Shown piece after piece: positions 58,205 through 64,000 of a stretch of DNA of 64,000 nt. The notes under the pieces are model-generated. The model did not search any database, had not been told where the DNA came from, and was given only the letters and a program-made list of their open reading frames with translations. Both the position numbers and the translations under genes were made by a program. Position 1 is the stretch's first letter; each line of letters starts with the position of its first letter. The DNA comes from Eledone cirrhosa (lineage: Eukaryota): NCBI GenBank assembly GCA_964016885.1, contig OZ024740.1:2232001-2296000 (forward strand), in the 5' to 3' direction.

Positions 58205-58289
58205 ATAAGGCAATTATTCCATTTAACAGTGGTTTCTTAAAAATCTTTTGCTTTTAAGAAACCACTGTTAAATGGAATAATTGCCTTAT
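58205..58289. repeat. Perfect inverted repeat, 38-bp arms and 9-nt loop
   Basis: ATAAGGCAATTATTCCATTTAACAGTGGTTTCTTAAAA and its reverse complement. Confidence 0.9.
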
Positions 58290-58386
58290 TTAGGTTTGTT
58301 GGTTTTGTGTAGTTGGTGGTGCGAGTACGGAGTTAATTATAAAATAACAGGAGGCTGGACTGGTGTAAATCTTTGAAAGGTTTATT

Positions 58387-58444
58387 ATACTATGATCATT
58401 TCAATGATCGGGTTCAGTATGAATCTGGTGACATCATCAGGTAT
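58387..58444 (-). ncRNA. Minimal hammerhead motif
   Basis: ATAC-CTGATGA-tgtcaccagattcatactgaacccgatcatt-GAA-ATGATCAT-A-GTAT. Confidence 0.65.
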
Positions 58445-58612
58445 TCAAAATATAACAAAGGAATATAACAGATAAAATCCATGGGGCTGAAAATCAGAGA
58501 CAAGAGGACGACCGACTATTTAGCAGCTTCTACCTCAGTCGGCCGCCCTCTAGGGTTTTATAAATATAGTTATGGTTTTATAAATATAGTTTCCATTTAT
58601 TTAATATCATTG

Positions 58613-58669
<57 letters not shown>

Positions 58670-58899
58670 GGAAAAGAATGAAATGAAATTTCATTTCTCA
58701 CTCTTAGTACGGCTGATACTTAAATATAAGTATGTATACGTACATACATATATGTATACAGACGTATTGTTTACAAACAAACCGAACATTATAATAAATG
58801 TTCGGTAAACCCATACGTACATATATATAAGTGTGCATGTATGTATATATATATATATACATACTACTGTACGTCTGTATACATATATGTATGTACGGC

Positions 58900-59748
58900 A
58901 CATGGAGGGGAAAATCGATGCCCTCCGATTGCATCGTTGGACGATGGACGGAGGAAGACGAACTGGCCAGCCTGTTCGGTAGGACATTTAGCCCGGGACC
59001 CATGGACAACTTCCAGGGGTCCCTGGCCTGGCAGTGCTACCGAGGGGCTCTGCCCATTCAAGGAAAGCTCCACAGACACGGTGCCCGGGTAGGGACCCTC
59101 GAAAAAGATCTGTCCCAGATGCGTGCGCGACGAGGAAACTGTTGCGCATGCATTGGTCCACAGCCTGGGCATCGCCGATCTGTGGGGCTATGTCGAATGA
59201 CTGCTGTCACGGGTGGGACCTATCCGGTTGACCACCGAGTCCATTGTAACGATCAAGCCGCCTCCCCCCTTCAAAAATGAAGGAGAGGCTGTGTTTTTGT
59301 GCGTAATAGCCATGGTGAAAGAGGTTGTATGGTGGACGCGTCTGAAAGGACTGAGGTCAGACACCTTTCTCTCCGGCCAACAACTGGTCCTTTTCTTCCG
59401 ATATCATTTCGGAAGAAGGATCAGGATGGAGAGAGAGGTGCTCCACCCCAGCCTTTTCTATGACAGATGGGTGAAAGTGGCGAGAATGGCCCGTGTGAAT
59501 GGGCCTTCTCTCTATATCAGCCTGTAGGTGAAAAAGATGGAAGAACAAGGGAGCACCCTCTCTCTGTGCTCCTGACTTTTTCGGGGGGGGGGGGTGCGAC
59601 CCCCAAAACGCCTCCTCTCTATTGAGGACTTTATTGTTAATTTTATATTTGTTATTTGTTTTTTTGACTCGTTCTTTTGTGTAAACTCCCCCCCCCCCCT
59701 TTGTATTTGTCCCCTTCTTTTGCGTCCCCGTGGCAATAAATAGAAACA
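58900..59748 (+). mobile_element. 5'-truncated Tx1-like LINE copy 3 (ORF2 end and 3' UTR)
   Basis: Reverse-complement match to 41640-42400 (WWTRLKGLRSDTFLSG); ends GTGGCAATAAATAGAAA. Confidence 0.9.
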
Positions 59749-59839
59749 TATCTATCTATATATATTGACAGTCGATCGACTTTCGTCAAATCATACCTAG
59801 GAAACAATGTTTCCATAGTCTTTCCAATACTCTACTGGT

Positions 59840-59978
59840 TGCAACTCCAGGTAGAAGGAGCAACGTGAAATATAGAGTCTTGCTCAAGGACATAACACAT
59901 CGCCTGGTCCAGGAATCGAACTTACAACCTCACGATTGTGAATCCAATTCTCTAACCACTCAGCCACACACCTTCTAT
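59840..59978 (-). mobile_element. tRNA-SINE head fragment
   Basis: A-box TGGCTGAGTGG and B-box AAGTTCGATTCC on the minus strand. Confidence 0.7.
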
Positions 59979-60018
59979 ATATCAGGGATGTGGTAAAGAC
60001 CAGCTAGACCATAACCCA

Positions 60019-60118
60019 CCAGGACCCCGACGGCTGAGCTCCGGCCCTTTTAACAGCTAGATCTAAACCGTTCGCATCTAGCTGTCGAAATGGCCGGAGC
60101 TCAGCTGTCGGGGTCCTG
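60019..60118. repeat. GC-rich hairpin with arms of about 43 bp
   Basis: CAGGACCCCGACGGCTGAGCTCCGGCC...ACAGCTAGAT / ATCTAGCTGT...GGCCGGAGCTCAGCTGTCGGGGTCCTG. Confidence 0.85.
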
Positions 60119-60225
60119 ACTCTTTTCATTTCATATATATATATATATCTTTCATTATCTTTGTTTCACACAAGCCATCTCTCTCCCCATTTCCCAGACA
60201 TATACATATATATATATATTGATAA

Positions 60226-60256
<31 letters not shown>

Positions 60257-61136
60257 GGGAGAACTATATATAGAGAGATACAAGTTTTTTGCTGTTTAGC
60301 TTCATGTCAGCCCTGCTGGAGTAAGTTTAGTATCAAAGAAATCCCATCCAGTTTACAACTTCCAATGTATCATTTTCAAGACAGTTGGGGTGTGATTCTA
60401 GGGAGGTTTCACTACTATTTCTAGCAAGTCACCTGACCATATAGAAACTACCTTCAATGACTAGCATAGAGTCAGCAGCATGATTAACTGCAGCAAGGGC
60501 AAAAGAGATGCTTTAGACAGCCGGAACTACAGAATACAGAATTAATCTATATATAATATAAAAGAAAGATGTTTATTGGTTGGCTGGTTGAATCACACAA
60601 AAAGTACATACACACATACACACACACACGAATACATATACGCACATCTAAAGAGAGAGAGAGACAGAGGGAGAGGCAAAAAGAGAGAGATAGGCTGTTA
60701 TATAGAGATACAATTAAAGTGTTAGATATTCAGAGAGAGAGAGTAACGTCCCACGAAAGTCTAAAAATGGTTTAGACTATAGATCCTTTGATCTATAGGA
60801 AGGTTTAACAATATTGCATTAGCTTTTATAAAGTAGTTTTAGTCTTTGATTTTACAGAACAAAGAAAAACTGATACTATTTGAAATTAATCTACCCTCCA
60901 GCTTTTATCCATATACTGCTTACAGTCCGTACTAATGAAGTAACACTTCAGAAGCAATGTTATGAGGTATATTGGTGTGTTTCAGATGACGTCCTTTGGA
61001 GCTGAATAAGATCATACTGACTATGGTTATTTCACATTTAAAATCCAAGGCCAATGCTACCATTTAATCGGCATTTTAATCCCCCAGCCTAATAAGGAAG
61101 TTTTATGATTGTTTTTTTTATGTCTCACACACACAC

Positions 61137-61200
<64 letters not shown>

Positions 61201-61289
61201 CGGTCTCACCTCATACCAGACAACACATCCAATACAGTTGTTTTCTCTGTGCTCCCGGGCGAAGCCAGGTACCCCAGGTAGTGTATTGA

Positions 61290-61760
61290 TAAAGAAAGAC
61301 ATGAAGGGTCTTTGGAGTAACATTATTCGATAGAGTGCGTAGCTTGGAGATCAGAGAGTCACTCCAGGTAGAGCCACTAGATCTCCTGAAGGGTCTTTGG
61401 AGTAATGTTAGTTGATAGAGTGCGTAGCTTGGAGATGAGAGAGTCACTCCAGGTAGAGCCACTACATCTACAAATTGAGAGATCACAGCTCCAACACTAT
61501 GGACATGTGGTTAGAATGTCTCAGGAAAGATAGCTGGACAGATTTTACGGGCAAAACCAACTGGTAGGAAACCCAGGGGTAGGCCCCGAGCAAGATGGTT
61601 TTAAAATCCATGAGCTTGGCTGGTCTCACATGGTGATGCAGCTGGATCATTTGGAGACAGTTGCTTATGACAGGACCTGCTGGAAGGTGTGTTTGAGATC
61701 TAGTTGAGGTTTGTGTCAGGACAGGGCACCACTTATGCCTTCTTCCAAGTGAAACAAATA
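61290..61760 (+). mobile_element. Old RTE (Rex3/Expander-like) 3' fragment with an internal tandem duplication of about 86 bp
   Basis: DRVRSLEIRESLQVEPL twice, then IERSQLQHYGHVVRM...GRPRARW. Confidence 0.7.
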
Positions 61761-61899
61761 CAAGAGAAGTTTTTATGTATGAACCAGTGTGCAGGTGAAA
61801 CTCCAGAGTGACAAAGCTCACTATTTAGACATTAAATGAATATTTAAACTCTACTTCGGTATTGAGTTCTTTTTCCCACGTCCATCAATAATGGTGTCT

Positions 61900-62105
61900 G
61901 ATTTAGGTACAACGCCAAACATTTCGGGGGAGGGGATAGTGGATTAAATAGACCCCAGTGCAATACTGGTACTTTAATTTATTGACCATGTTAGGATGAA
62001 AGACAAAGCTTTCCTCGACGGGATTTGAACTCAGAAGATAAAGGGCTGTAACTCTATGCCATGAAACATTGTCCAATGCTTTATCGATTCTACCAATCCA
62101 CAGAC
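61900..62105 (-). mobile_element. SINE family B copy
   Basis: CTGGTACTTTAATTTATTGACC...GGATTTGAACTCAGA on the plus strand, the reverse complement of the family B body. Confidence 0.7.
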
Positions 62106-62760
62106 CTACGTCCATCAATACCACACATATATAGTGTAGGTGATTCAGTGAATTACTGATGATGGTACCAATATCAGAACTCGATGCACAGGCAGAGTAT
62201 GTCTTTATGGAGTATTAAGTATCAATCACAGATGATTGGCTTAAGGTCACCTATAGAAGTTAAGGACCCGACTCCAATGGTGATTGAACAAAAATAAACC
62301 AAACCAAACACTCTATTTTTTGTGTCCAAGTAAGCGATTAACTGGGAGTAAGAGGCTCCTAGTTCTTGTAAGGACATCATTTTAGAAGGAAAACTCTGAT
62401 GTAAAACATGCAATTCGATGGCAGCCAATTGTTGACTTGTTCTTCTTTTTTGATAGCTGTCACTGTTGTTCAGAGAGTTGGCCCAGTGCAACGTCTTTCT
62501 TTACTTAAAAAAGCTTCAAAAACATTTGATCTGAATGACTTTCATATATGTTGCATGAGCATGAACGTTTCTTTTTTCATTCACTGCACCATATGCAGAA
62601 AGGAATATAAGTCCTTGGGGAGCTAAAAGATCATGTTTAACACCTCAGTATGCAGATTGGAGCACTCGACGAAGTGCGCAGGTTGGTTTGGTTACTCCGG
62701 AGTAGTGTAAAATAAACAAAAATAAATAAGTCAAATATTTAAAATTTGGCTTCGTTTATT

Positions 62761-62815
62761 ACTGCTATATATATTTCGGTGACAGCCATCTTTGGCTGTG
62801 ACCTCTTCAGGCAGT
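62761..62815 (-). ncRNA. Well-preserved minimal hammerhead ribozyme
   Basis: ACTGC-CTGAAGA-GGTCACAGCCA-aaga-TGGCTGTCACC-GAA-ATATATAT-A-GCAGT: 5-bp stem I, stem II with 10 of 11 pairs, intact core. Confidence 0.85.
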
Positions 62816-62950
62816 CCGAATTAGTGTGGTAGAGACAGGTATACATGTTGTTGAGGTGTTTAACTTTGGTCAATACTCTGATATGCCCAGTTCCTGGTTG
62901 GCTTGTTATTTCACTGAGGAACTGGAATATATATATATATAAGTAGAAAT

Positions 62951-63011
<61 letters not shown>

Positions 63012-63289
63012 TTGAGATCAAATAACCAATTTAGACTTATAACATAATTTCACCCTACAAAAGTTTCAATGTATAACAGCAGGCCATACCTCGATATACA
63101 CCGGGCATTAGTCTGCTGGTCTACATATCTTCAGGAATACAAATATTGCTGGTATAAGCATCAACATAAAAACATGCAAAATGTAACTTCATATTACAGA
63201 TTAGACTCTCTCTCTATATATATCTATGTATCATCATCATCATCACCATTTTACGTGATGATGATGATGATGATGATATATATGTGAAG

Positions 63290-64000
63290 CAGTCATGTAG
63301 GTGTCACAATAACAAGTACCCAGCCCACACTGTAAAGTGGTCATGTAGGTGTCACAATAACAAGTACCCAGTCCACACTGTAAAGTGGTCATGTAGGTGT
63401 CACAATAACAAGTATCCAGTCCACACTGTAAAGTGGTCATGAAGGTGTCACAATAAAAAGTACCCAGTCCACACTGTAAAGTGGTCATGTAGGTGTCACA
63501 ATAACAAGTACCCAGTCCACACTGTAAAGTGGTCATGTAGGTGTCACAATAACAAGTACCCAGTCCACACTGTAAAGTGGTCATGTAGGTGTCACAATAA
63601 AAAGTACCCAGTCCACACTGTAAAGTGGTCATGTAGGTGTCACAATAAAAAGTACCCAGTCCACACTGTAAAGTGGTCATGTAGGTGTCACAATAAAAAG
63701 TACCCAGTCCACACTGTAAAGTGGTCATGTAGGTGTCACAATAAAAAGTACCCAGTCCACACTGTAAAGTGGTCATGTAGGTGTCACAATAAAAAGTACC
63801 CAGTCCACACTGTAAAGTGGTCATGTAGGTGTCACAATAACAAGTACCCAGCCCACACTGTAAAGTGGTCATGTAGGTGTCACAATAACAAGTACCCAGT
63901 CCACACTGTAAAGTGGTCATGTAGGTGTCACAATAACAAGTATCCAGTCCACACTGTAAAGTGGTCATGAAGGTGTCACAATAAAAAGTACCCAGTCCAC
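63290..64000 (+). repeat. 48-bp minisatellite, about 15 copies to the window edge, derived from the RTE/SINE 3' UTR module
   Basis: Unit GTGGTCATGTAGGTGTCACAATAA(C/A)AAGTACCCAGTCCACACTGTAAA resembles 33528-33625. Confidence 0.9.

Noticed and set aside
63243-63968. Cys-rich 16-aa repeat protein (metallothionein-like)
   Set aside because: It is the antisense reading of the RTE-UTR-derived minisatellite.

Overview
Repeat-dense animal DNA, most likely an octopod cephalopod. That assignment is an inference from the very long (TA)n tracts, (GAT)n-tailed RTE LINEs and tRNA-headed SINEs. Only one host exon is well supported: a 118-nt minus-strand exon (4749-4866) of a 3-hydroxyacyl-CoA dehydratase (HACD/PTPLA family). 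Most of the rest is mobile DNA and simple repeats: three Tx1/L1 LINE copies, several RTE copies with a PHD-type finger inside the RT, a GIY-YIG Penelope-like element, CR1 and R4-like fragments, a non-autonomous Helitron, a pogo/Tigger deletion derivative, many SINEs, about 13 kb of interrupted (TA)n and a 200-N gap. The most interesting signals are (i) about a dozen hammerhead-ribozyme motifs from several unrelated families, some with very long stem II and some folded into long palindromes; (ii) a 2.4-kb minisatellite made of about 53 copies of a SINE head (Pol III A-box) ahead of a single B-box; (iii) a 48-bp minisatellite made from the RTE 3' UTR module; and (iv) Tx1 copies that all abut (TCTR)n microsatellites. 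All calls were made by eye and family names come from recalled motifs; no searches were run.
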